NCBI RefSeq assembly: GCF_009914755.1
Contig: NC_060929.1
DNA length: 64,000 bases
Source: the human T2T-CHM13v2.0 reference genome, Homo sapiens
Strand: one strand, 5' to 3'
Below the pieces are notes generated by a model. It worked only from the letters and a program-made list of their open reading frames with translations, had not been told where the DNA came from and did no database searches. Each line of letters begins with the position of its first letter. Within the stretch, counting starts at the first letter, position 1. This document shows positions 51,901-64,000 of the stretch, in pieces. Position numbers and translations under genes: made by a program.

Positions 51901-54900
51901 CACATGACAAAGAACTTTCTCAGAATGATTCTGTGTAGTTTTTATTTGAGGATATTTGCTGTTCCACCATAGGCCTCAAAGCGCTCCAAATATCCACTTT
52001 CAGACTCTACAAAAAGAGGGTTTCCAAGTTTCTCAATCATAAGAATGGTTCAAATCTGTGAGATGAATATACACATCACAAAGTAGTTTCTCAGAATGCT
52101 TCTGTCCAGTTTTTATGTGAAGATATTTCCTTTTCCACCATAGGCCTTAAAGCTCTCCAAATATCCACTTGCAGATACTACAAAAAGAGTGTTTCAATAC
52201 GGCTCAATCAAAAGAAATGTTCACCTCTGTGATTTTAATCTACACATCCAAAAGAAGTTTCTCAGAACGCTTCTGTCTAGTTTTTATGAGAAGATATTTT
52301 CTTTTCCTCCATAGACCTCAAAGTGCTCCAAATATCCCCTTGCAGAGTCTTCAAAAAGAGTGTTTCCAAACAGCTTAATCGAAAGAGAGGTTCAACTCTG
52401 TGAGAGGAATGCACACATCACAAAGAAGTTTCTCAGAATGCTTCTGTGTAGTTTTTATATGAAGATATTTCCTTTCTCACTGTAGGCCGTAAAGGGCTCC
52501 AAATATCCACTTGCAGATTCTACAAAAAGAGAGTTTCAAAACTGATCAATCAAAATACAGGTTCAACTCTCTGAGCTGAATGCACACAAACAAAGAAGTT
52601 TCTCAGAATGCTTCTGCCTACTTTTTATGTAAGGATATTTCCTTTTCCACCAAAGGCCTCAAATCACTCCAAATATCCACTTACAGATTCAACAAAAAGA
52701 GTGTTTTCAAACTGCTCAATCAAAAGAAAGGTTGGACTCTGTGACTTGAACCCACACATCACAAAGAAGTTTCTCAGAATGCTTCTGTCCAGTTTTTATG
52801 TGAAGATATAGTTTTTCCACATTGACCTCAAAATGCTTGAAATATCCACTTGCAGATTCTACAAAAAGTGTTTCAAAACTGCTCAATGAAAACAAAATTT
52901 CAACTCTGTGAGATGAATGCACACATCAGAATGAAGTTTGTCACAATTCTTCTATGTTTTATGTGAAGTTATTTCTTTTTCCACAACAGGGCTCAAAGTG
53001 CTCTAAATTGCAGAATCTACAAATTGTGTTTCAAAAATACTCAATCAAAAGAAAGGTTCAACCCTGTGAGTTGAATGCACACATCACAACGAAGTTTCTC
53101 AGAACGCTTCTGTGTAGTTTTTATGTGAGGATATTTTCTTTCCCACCATAGGCCTCCAAGCGCTCCAAATATCCAACTGCAGATTCTTCAAAAAGAGTGT
53201 TTCAAAACTGCTCAATGAAACCAAAGTTTCAGCTCTGTGAGATGAATGGACTCATCAGAAAGAAGTTTCTCAAAATGCTTCTGTCTATTTACTATGGGAA
53301 GATATTTCCTTTTCAAACATAGGCCTAAATGTGCTCCAAATATTCACTTGCAGAGTCTACAAAAATTGTGTTTCAAAACTGCTTAATGAAAACAAAGGGT
53401 CATATCTGTGAAATGAATGCACACATCAGACAGAAGTTTGTCAATATGCTTCTGTCTAGTTTTTATGTGAAGATATTTCCTTTTCCACCACAGGACTCAA
53501 AGATTCTACAAAAGAGTGGTTCAAAACTGCTCAATCAAAAGAAAGGTTCAACCCTGTGAGTTGAATCCACCCATCCCAAAGAAGTTTCTCTGAATGTTTT
53601 TTTGTAGTTTTTATGTGAGGCTATTTCCTTTTCTACCATACGCCTCAAAGTGCTCTAAATATCCACTTGCAGATGGGACAAAAGAGTGTTTGAAAACTGC
53701 TCAATCAAAAGAAAGGTACTACTCTGTGAGACGAATGCACACATAACAAAGAAGTTTCTCAGAATGCTTCTGTCTAGTTTTTATGTGAAGATATTTCCTT
53801 TTCCCACAATAGGTCTCAAAACCCTCCAAATATCCACTTGTAGATTCTCCAAAAAGAGGGTTTCAAAACGGCTCAACGTAAAGAAATTTTCAAATCAGTG
53901 AGTTGAATGCACCCACCACAAAGAAGTTTCTCAAAATGCTTCTGTCTAGTTTTTATGTAAAGATATTTCCTTTCCACAAAAGGCTGCAAAGGGCTCCAAA
54001 TATCCACTTGCAGTTTCTACAAAAAGAGAGTTTGAAAACTGCTCAATCAAAAGAAAGGTTCAACCCTGTGAGTTGAACGCACACATCACAAAGAGGTTTC
54101 TCAGAGTGCTCCTCTGCAGTTTTTATGTGAAGATATTTCCTTTTCCACCATAGACCTTCAAGCGCTCCAAATGTACACTTGCAGAATCTACAAAAAGTGT
54201 GTTTAAAACTCCTCAATGTAAACAAAGGTTCAGCTCTGTGAGATGAATGGACACATCAGAAAGAAGTTTCTCAAAATGCTTCCATCTAGTTATTATGTGA
54301 AGTTATTTCCTTTTCCACCATAGGACTAAAAGCACTCCAAATATTTACTTGCAGTATCTACAAAAAGTGTGTTTCAAAACTGCTCAATCAAAAGAAAGTT
54401 TCAACTCTGTGAGTTGAATGCACACATCACAAAGAAGTTTCTCAGAATGCTTCTGTGAAGTTTTTATGTGAAGATATATTCTTTTCCACCATAGGCTGCA
54501 AAGCTCTCAAATATCCACTTGTAGATTCTCCAAAATGAATGTTTCAGTACTGCTGAATCAAAAGAAATGTTCAACTCTGTGAGTTGAACAAACACATCGC
54601 AAAGAAGTTTTTCAGAATGCTTCAGTGAAGTTTTCATAGGAAGATATTTCCTTTTGCACCATAGGCCTCAAAGCGCTCCAAATATACATTTGCAGATTCT
54701 ACAAAAAGAGTGTTTCCAAACTACTCACTCAAAAGAAAAGTACAACTCTGTGAGTTGAAAGCACACATCACAAAGAAGTTTGTCAGAATTCTTCCGTTTA
54801 TTTTTTATGTGAAGATATTTCCTTTTCAACAAAAGGCCTCAAAGTGCTCCAAATATCCACTTGCAAAATCTGCAAAAATAGTGTTTCAAAACTGATCAAT

Positions 54901-57900
54901 CTAAAGAAAAGTTGAACTCTGTGAGATGAAGGCACACATCACAAAGAAGCTTCTCAGAATGCTTCTGTGTAGTTTTTATGTGAAGATATTTCCTTTCCCA
55001 CCATAGGACGAAAAGGGCCCCAAATATCCAATTGCAGTTTCTCCAAAAGGAGAGTTTCAAAACTGCTCAAACAAAATATAGGTTCAAATCTGTGAGTTGA
55101 ACGCGCACATCACAGAGAAGTTTCTCAGAATGCTTCTGTGTAGTTTTTATGTGAAGATATTTCCTTTTCCATTATTGGCCTCAGAGCACTCCAAATATCC
55201 ACTTTCAGATTCTACAAAAAGAGTGTTTCAAAACTGCTCAATGAAAACAAAAGTTCAACTCTGTGAGATGAATGAACACATCAGAAAGAAGTTTATGAGA
55301 ATTGTTCTCTCTAGTTTTTATGTGAAGATATTTCCTTTTCCACAATAGGCCTCGAAGAGCTCCAAATATCCACTTGCAGATTCTACAAAAAAGGGTTTCA
55401 AGACTGCTCAATCAAAAGAAAGTTTCAACTCTGTAAGTTGAATGCTCACATCACAAAGAAGTTTCTCAGAATGCTTCTGTCTAGTTTGTAGGTGAAGATA
55501 TTTCATTTTCCACATTAGCCCTCAAAGCGCTCCAGATATCCACTTGTAGTTTCTACAAAATACACGAAATATCCACTTGCAGTTCCTACAGAAAGAGTGT
55601 TACAAAACTGCTCAATGGAAAGAAAGTTTCAACTCTGTGAGATGAATGCACATATCACAAAGGACTTTCTCAAAATGCCTCTGTGTAGTTTTTATGTAAA
55701 GATATTTCCGTTTCCACCAATGGCCTCAAAATTCCAAATATCCATTTGCAGATAGCACGAAAACAGTTTCCAAAGTGCGAAATCAAAATAAAAATTCCAA
55801 TATCTGAGTAAAGTGCACAAGTCACGATGAAGTTTCTCAGAATGCTTCTGTATAGTTTTCATGTGAAGGTATTTCCTTTTCCACAATAGGCTTCAAAACA
55901 CTCCAAATATCCACTTGGAGATACTAGAAACAGAAAGTTTCAAAACCACTCAATCAAAAGAATTGTTCAACTCTGTGAGATGAATGCACACATCACAAAG
56001 AAGTTTCTCACAACGCTTCTGTCTAGTTTTTATATGAAGTTACTTCCTGTTGCACTATAGGCTGCCAAGTGCTCCTAATATCCACATGCAGATTCTCCAA
56101 AAAGAGTGTTTCAAAACTCCTCAATCAAAAGAAAGTTTAACCTCTGTGAGTTGAATGCACACATCACAAAGTGGTTTCTCAGAATGCTTCTGTTTAGTTT
56201 TTATGTGAAGATATTTCCATTCCCCCCATAGGCCCCAAAGTGCTCCAAATATCCATTTGGAGCTTCTTCAAAAAGAGTGCTTCAAAACTGCTCAATTAAA
56301 AGAAAGTCTCAACACTGTGAGATGAATGCACACATCACAAAGAAGTTTCTCAGAATGCTTCTGTGAAGTTTTTAATGAAGATATCCCCTTTTCCACCATG
56401 GGCCTCAAAGCGCTCCAAATATCCAATTGCAGATTCTACAGAAAGGGTGTTTACAAACTGCTCAATCCAAAGAAAGGTTCGACTCTGTGAGATGAATGCA
56501 CACATCACAAAGAAATTCCTCAGAATACTTCTGTCTAGTTTTTATTTGAAGATATTTCCTTTTCAACCATAGGCCTCAAAGCGCTCCAAATTTTCACTTG
56601 CAGATCCTTCAAAAAGACTGTTTCAAAACTGCTCAATGAAAAGAAAGGTTCAACTCTGTGAGATGAATGCACACATCACAAAGAAGTTTCTCAGAATGCT
56701 TCTGTATAGTTTTTTGAGAAGATATTCCCTTTTCCACTTTAGGTCTCAAATTGCTCCAATTGTCCACTTGGAGATTCTACAAAAAGAGACTTTCAAAACT
56801 GCTAAATGCTAAGAAAGATGCAACTCTGTGAGATGAATGCACGCATCACAGAGAAGTTTATCAGAATGCTTCTGTCTAGTTTTTAGGTAAAATTATTTCC
56901 TTCTCCACCATAGGCCTCAATCCTCTCCAAATATCCATTTGCAGATACCACAAAAACACTGTTTCCAAAGTGCGCAATCAAAACAAAGGTTCAATTCTGT
57001 GAGTTAAATGCACACATAACAAGGAAGTTTCTCAGAATGCTTCCGTGTAGATTTTATATGATGATATTTTCTTTTCCACAATAGGCTTCAAAGTGATCCA
57101 AATATCCTCTTGGTGATTCAGCAAAAAGAATGTTTCAAGACTGCTCAATCAAAACAAATGTTCAACTCTGTGAGATGAATGCACACATTACAAAGGAGTT
57201 TCTCATAATGCTTCTGTATAGTTTGTATGTGAAGATATTTCCTTTTCCACAAAAGACCTCCAAACACTCCAAATATCCACTGCAGATTCTACAAAAAGAG
57301 TGTTTCAAAACTGCTCCATCAAAAGAAAGTTTCAACTTTGTGAGATATATGCACACATCACAAAGAAGTTTCTCAGAATGCTTCTCTCTAGTTTTTATGT
57401 GAAGGTATTTCCTTTTGCACTATAGGCCGCAAATCTCTTCAAATATCCACATGCAGATTTCACAAAAAGAGTGTTTCAAAAATGCTCAATCAAAAGAAAG
57501 TTTCAACTCTGTGAGTTGAAAGCAAAAATCACAAAGAAGATTCTCATAATGCTTCCGTGTACTTTTTATGAGAAGATATTTCCTTTTCTACCATAGGCCT
57601 GAAAGTGCCCAAAATATCCACTTGCAGATTCTACAGAGAGTGTTTCAAAACTGCTCAATGAAAAGAAAGTTTCAAATCTGTGAGATGAATGCACACATCA
57701 CAAAGAAGTTTCACATAATGCTTCTATATGGTTTTAATGTGAAGATCTTTCCTTTTCCACCAAAGGCATCAAACCTCTCCAAATATCAATTTGCTGACAC
57801 CACAAAAACATGGTTTCCAAACTGCGCAATCAAAAGAGAGTTTCAAATATGTGAGATGGATGCACACATCACAAAGAAGTTTCTCAGAATGCTTCTTTGT

Positions 57901-60337
57901 TTTTTTGTATGAAGATATTTCCTTATCCACCATAGGCAGAAAAGGGCTCAAAATATCCACTTGCAGATTCTACAAAAAGAGAGTTTCAAAACTGCTCAAT
58001 CAAAAGGTAGGTTCAACTCTGTGATTTGAATGCACACATCACAAAGAAGTTTCTCAAAATGCTTCTGTGCAGTTTTTTTTGTGAAGGTATTTCCTTTTCC
58101 ATCGTAGGACACCAAGCGCTCGAAATATCCACTTGCAGATTCTACAAAAAGAGTGTTTCAAAACTGAAGAATCAAAAGAAATATTCAACTCTGTGAGATG
58201 AATGCATAAATCACAAAGAAGTTTTACAGAATGCTTCTGTCTAGTTTTTATGTGAAGATATTTCCTCTTACACAACAGGCCTCAAAGCGCTCAAAATATG
58301 CCCTTGCAAATTCTACAAAAAGAGTGTTTCAAAACTGCTCCATGAAAAGAAAGTTTCAACTCTGTGACAAGAATGCACACATCACCAAGAAGTTTCTCAG
58401 AATGCTTCTGTGTAATTTTTATGTGAAGATATTTCGTTTTCCACCAAAGGCCTCAAAGCGCTCCAAATATCCACTTGAAGATTCCACAAAAAGAGTGTTT
58501 CCAAACCGCTCAATCAAAAGAAAGTTTCAACTCTGTGAGATTAATGCACACATAACAAAGAAGTTTCTCAGAATCCTTCGTCTAGTTTTTAGGAGAACAT
58601 ATTTCCTTTTCTACCATAGGCCACAAAGCACCCAAAATATCCACCTGCAGATTCTACAAAAACCGTGTTTGAAACCTGCTCAATGAAAAGAAAGTTTAAA
58701 CTGTATGAGGTTAATGCAAACATCACAGAGAAGTTTCTCAGAATGCTGCTGTCTAGTTTTTATGTGAAGATATTTCCTTTTCCACCATAGGCCTGAAATC
58801 TGTCCAAATATGGACTTGCAGATTCTACAAAAAGAGTGTTTCAAAAGTGATCAATCAAAACAATTTTCAACTCTGTGAGGTGAATGCACACATCACAAAG
58901 AGGATTCTTAGAATGCTTCTGTCTAGTTTATATGTGAAGAGATTTCCGTTTCCTCCATAGGCCTCAAATCGCTTCAAATATCCACTTGCAGATTCCACAA
59001 AAACAGTGTTTCAAAACTGTTCAATCAAAAGTAAGATTCCAATCTGTGAGATGAATGCACACATCACAAAGCGCTTTCTCAGAATGTTTCTGTCTAGTTT
59101 TTATGTGAAGATATTTCTTTTTGCACTATAGGCCAAAAAGGGCTCCAAATATCTACATGCAGATTCCACAAAAAGAGTGTTTCAAAAATACTTAATCAAA
59201 AGAAATGTTCAAATCTTTCAGTTGAATGCACACATCACAAAGAAGTTTCACAGAATGCTTCTGTCTAGTATTAAGGCGAAGATATTTCCTTTTCCACCAT
59301 AGGCATCAAAGTGCTCTGTATATCCACTTGCAGATTTGACAAAAAGAGTGACTCAAAACTGCTAAATCAAAAGAAAAGTTCAACTCTTTGAGTTAAATGC
59401 ACACATCACAAAAAAGTTTCTCAAAATGCTTCTCGGTAGTTTTATGTGAAGATATTTCCTTTTCCACAATAGGCTTCAAAGTGCTCAAAACATCTCCTTG
59501 CAGATTCTAAAAAGAGAGTTTCAAAACTGCTAAATCAAAATAAAGGTTCAACTCTGTGGGATGAATGTACACATCACAAAGATGTTTCTCAGAATGCTTC
59601 TGTGTAGTTTTTATGTGAAGGTATTTCCTTTTTCAGTATATGTCGCAAAGGGCTCCAAATATCCACTTGCAGATTCTACAAAAAGAGTGTTTCAAAACTG
59701 ATGAATCAAAAGAAATGTTCAACTCTGTGAGATGAATGCACACATCACAAAGTAGTTTCTCCGAATGCTTCTGTCTAGTTTTTATTTGAAGACATTTCCT
59801 TTTCCACCACAGGCCATAAATCGGTCGAAATATCCACTTGCAGATTCTACAGAAAGAGTGTTTTAAAACTGCTTAATCAAAAGAAATGTTCAACTCTGTG
59901 AGTTGAATGCACACATCACAAAGAAATTTCACAGAATGCTTCTGTGTAGTTTTTATGTGAAGTTATTTCCTTTTCTACCATATGCCCCAAAGAGCTCCCA
60001 ATATTCACTTGCAGATTCTACAAAAAGAGGGTTTCAAAACTGTTCAATCAAATGACAATTTCAACTCTGTGAGAGGAATGCACACGTCTCACAAAAGTTT
60101 CTCAGAATGCTTCTGTCTAGTTTTTATGTGAAGATACTTCCTTTTCCTACAGAGGCGGCAAAGTGCTCCAAATATCCACTTGCAGATGCTACAAAAACAG
60201 TGTTTCAAAATTGCTCAATGAAAAGAAAGCTTCAACTCTGTGAGATGAATACACACATCACAAAGAAATTCGTCAGAATACTACACTCTAGTTTTCATGT
60301 GAAGTTATTTCGTTTTCCACAACAGGCCTCAAAGCGC
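51901..60337 (-). repeat. Alpha satellite, A-type-only monomeric block (SF4/M1-like), no CENP-B boxes seen
   Basis: Consistent switch to CTCAATCAAAAG, GTTTCTCAGAATG and GAGATGAATG variants, versus CTCTATC, TTTCTGAG and GAGTTGAATG upstream; TTTCCTTTTCCACCATAGGCC box in nearly all monomers. Confidence 0.85.
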
Positions 60338-60370
60338 CTGTTTTATGTGAAGACATTTCCTTTCCCACCA

Positions 60371-63300
60371 TGTCTAGTTTGTATGTGAAGATGTTTCCTT
60401 TTCCATCATAGGCCTCAAATCGCTCCAAATATCCAATTGTAGATAATTCAAAAATACCGTTTCAACACTGCTCTCTCAAAAGGAAGGTTCAACTCTGTGA
60501 GTTGAATGCACACATCAGAAAGTAGTTTCTGAGAATGCTTCTGTCTAGTTAGAATGTGAAGATATCCCGTTTACAACGAATTCCTCCGAGAGCTCTAAAT
60601 ATCTGGAAGCAGATTCTACAAAAGGAGTGCTTCAAACCTGCTCTATCAAAAGAAAGGTTCAGTTCTGGGAATTGAACACAAACATCACAAAGGAGTTTCT
60701 GAGAATGCTTCTGTCTAGTGTTTCTATGAAGATAATTCTTTTTCTACCATAGGCAACAATACGCTGCAAATGAACACTTGCAGATTTCACAAAAACTGTG
60801 TTTTAACACTGCTCTATCAAAACAAATGTCCAAGTCTGTGAGTAGATTGCACACATCACAAATCAGTTTCTGAGAATGATTCTGTCTACCTTTTTAAGTA
60901 ACGATATTTTCTTTCCACCATAGGCAACAAAGCACAAGGAATGAAAAATTGCAGATTCTACAAAAAGTGTGTTTCAACACTGCTCTATCCAAATAAAGGT
61001 TCGAGACCGTGAGTTGAACACACACAACAGAAAGCAGTTTCTGAGGATGCTTCTGACTGGTTTGTATGTGAAGTCATTTCCTTTTCCATCTAAATCGCCT
61101 CAAATCGCTAAAAGATCCACTTGCAGATACTACAAAAAGACTTTCAAAACTGCTCTCTCAAAAGGAAGTTTCAACTGTGTGAGTTGAATACACACATCAC
61201 ATAGCAGTTTCTGAGAAGGCTTCTGTCTAGTTTGTATATGAAGGTATTCCATTTACAACAAATTCCTCAAAGAGCTCCAAATATCCACAAGCAGATTCTA
61301 CAAAAGCAGTGTTTTAAAACTGATCTATCAATAGAAAGGTTCTACTCTGTTAATTGAACTCACACATCCAAAGGGGTTTCTGAGAATCCTTCTGTCTAGC
61401 TTTTATTTCAAGATATTCCTTTTTCCACCATAGGCAACAAAGCGCTCCAAAGGAACTCTTGCAGATTGTACAAAAAGCGTGTTTCTACACTGCTCTATCA
61501 AAAGAAAGTTTCAAGTCTGTGAGTTGAATGCACACATCCCAGTGAACTTTCGGAGAAAGCATGGGTCTACTTTTCATGTGAAGATACCCGTTTCCAACGA
61601 ATTCTTCAAAGTGTTCGAAATATCCACATGCAGATTCTACAAAAAGGAGTGTTTAAATGCTGGTCTATCTAAAGACAGATTCAACTCTGTTAGTTAAATG
61701 CACACATCTCAGTGAAGTTCCTGAGAATGCTTCTTTCCAGTTTTTATGTGAATATATCTCCTTTTCCACCGTAGGCTTCAAAGCGCTCGAAATGAGAACT
61801 CGCAGATCTTCATAAAAGACTGCCTCAAAACCGCTCTATCAAAAGAAGGGTTCCACTCCAAGAGGTGAATTCACATATCACGAAGAAGTTTCTGAGAATG
61901 CTTCTGTCCAATTTTTATGTGAAGATATTCCCTTTTCCATCATAGGACTCAAGTCGCTCTAAATATCCAATTTCAGATACTACAAAAAGACTGTTTCAAA
62001 ACTGCTCTCTCAAAAGGAAGGTTCAACACCGTGAGTTGAAAGCACACACCACAACGCAGTTCCAGAGATTGCTTCTGTCTAGTTTGTATCTGAAGCTATT
62101 TCCTTTTCCATCATAGGCCTCAAATCGCTCCAAATATCCACTTGCAAATACTACAAAAAGACTGTTTCAAAAGTTCTCTCTCAAAAGGAAGGTTCAACTC
62201 TGTGAGTTGAGTGCACACTTCACAAGGCAGTTTCTGAAAATGCTTCCGTCTAGTTTTTTATTTGAAGGTATTTCCTTTTCCTTCTTCGGCCTCAAATCAC
62301 TGCAAATATCCACTTGCAGATACTACAAAAAGACTGTTTCAAAACCGCTCTCTCAAAAGGAAGGTTCGACTCTGTGAGTTGAATGCACACGTTACGAAGC
62401 AGTTTATGAGAATGCTTCTGTCTATTTTTCAGGTGAAGATATCACTTTTTCCAACATACGTAAAAAATTACTCGAAATGAACACTTGTAGATTCTACAAA
62501 AAGTATGTTTCAACACTGCTCTATCAAAAGAAAGGTTCAATGATGTGAATTGGACACACACATCACAAAGGAGTTTCAGAGAATGCTTCTGTCTAGTGTT
62601 TAAGTGACGATGTTACCTTTTCCCACATAGGCAACAAAGCGCTCCAAATGAATACTTGTGGGTTCTACAAAAAGTGTGTTTCAACACTGCTTTATCAAAA
62701 GAAACTTTCGAGTCTGTGAGTTGAATGCACACATCACAACGAACTTTCTGAGAATGCTTGGGTCTACTTTTTATGTGAAGATACCCATTTCCAACGAATA
62801 ACTCAAAGAGTTCCAAATATACACAGTCAGATACTGCAAAAGGAGTGTTTCATTCCTGCTCTGTCAAAAGACAGTTTCAACTATGTTACTTGAATGCACA
62901 CATCTCAATGAAGTTCCTGAGGAGGCTTCTGCCTAGTTTTTTTGTGAAGATATTCCCTTTTCCACCATAGGCTTCACAGCGCTCCAAATGAAATCTTGCA
63001 GGTCCTACCAAAAGATTGATTCAAAACTGCTCTCTCAAAAGGAAGGTTCAACTGTGTGAGTTGAATGCACACATCACAAAGCAGTTCCTCAGAATGCTTC
63101 TGTCTAGTTTGTATGTGAAGATATTTCCTTTTCCATCATAGGCCTCCAATCGCTCCAAATATCCACTTGCAGATACTACAAAAATACCGTTTCAACACTG
63201 CTCTCTCCAATGGAAGGTTCAACTCTGTGAGTTGAATGCACACATCACAAAGCAGTTTCTGAGAATGCTTCTGTCTAGTCTAGTTAGAATGTGAAGATAT

Positions 63301-64000
63301 CCCGTTTACAACGAATTCCTCCGAGAGCTCTAAATATCTGGAAGCAGATTCTACAAAAGCAGTGCTTCAAACCTGCTCTATCAAAGGAAAGGTTCAGCTC
63401 GGGGAATTGAACACAAACATCACAAAGGAGTTTCTGAGAATGCTTCTGTCTAGTGTTTCTATGAAGATAATTCTTTTTCTACCATAGGCAACAATACGCT
63501 GCAAATGAACACTTGCAGATTTCACAAAACCTGTGTTTTAACACTGCTCTATCAAAACAAAGGTCCAAGACTGTGAGTTGACTTCACACATCACAAAGCA
63601 GTTTCTGAGAATGATTCTGTCTAGCTTTATATGTAACGATATTTTCTTTCCACCAGAGGCAACAAAGCACACGGAATGAAATCTTGCGGATTCTACAAAA
63701 AGTGTGTTTCAACACTGCTCTATCCAAAGAAAGGTTCGAGTCCGTGAGTTGAACGCACACAACAGAAAGCAGTTTCTGAGGATGCTTCTGTCTGGTTTGT
63801 ATGTGAAGTCATTTCCTTTTCCATCTAAATGGCCTCAAATGGCTAAAAGATCCACTTGCAGATACTACAAAGAGACTTTCAAAACTGCTCTCTCAAAAGG
63901 AAGGTTCAACTGTGTGAGTTGAATGCACACATCACATAGCACTTTGTGAGAATGCTTCTGTCTAGTTTGTATGTGAACAGATTCCATTTACAACGAATTC
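60371..64000 (-). repeat. Alpha-satellite HOR, ~2730-2735 bp (16 monomers); one full copy plus ~0.9 kb of the next
   Basis: 60371-~61265 recurs at 63101-64000 (10 mismatches in the first 170 bp by eye); near-identical spurious ORFs at 60969 and 63704; core-matching CENP-B boxes at 60565, 61586 and 63300. Confidence 0.92.

Overview
Great-ape/human-type pericentromeric heterochromatin with no protein-coding gene. About 49 kb is ~171-bp alpha-satellite in three layers: (i) divergent mixed A/B-type (SF5/R1R2-like) monomers with scattered intact CENP-B boxes at 4.4-51.9 kb, with an in-register head-to-head strand switch at 43,720; (ii) a CENP-B-box-free monomeric block (SF4/M1-like) at ~51.9-60.3 kb; (iii) the edge of a ~2.73-kb 16-monomer higher-order repeat (HOR) from 60,371 to the end. 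The satellite is interrupted by six dead L1PA2/L1PA3-like LINE-1 insertions (three with twin-priming 5' inversions, two short 3' stubs) and one AluY-type element. All listed ORFs are L1 fragments or satellite/Alu artefacts. Most notable: two inverted L1 copies sharing many non-consensus substitutions, a near-full-length L1 whose 5'UTR is flipped so its promoters face alpha satellite and its own ORF2, a 26-bp perfect hairpin at the satellite inversion point, and degenerate multimer blocks in the 'monomeric' layer. I found no support for a new gene-based system. Subfamily and layer names come from remembered diagnostic positions and need confirming by alignment.
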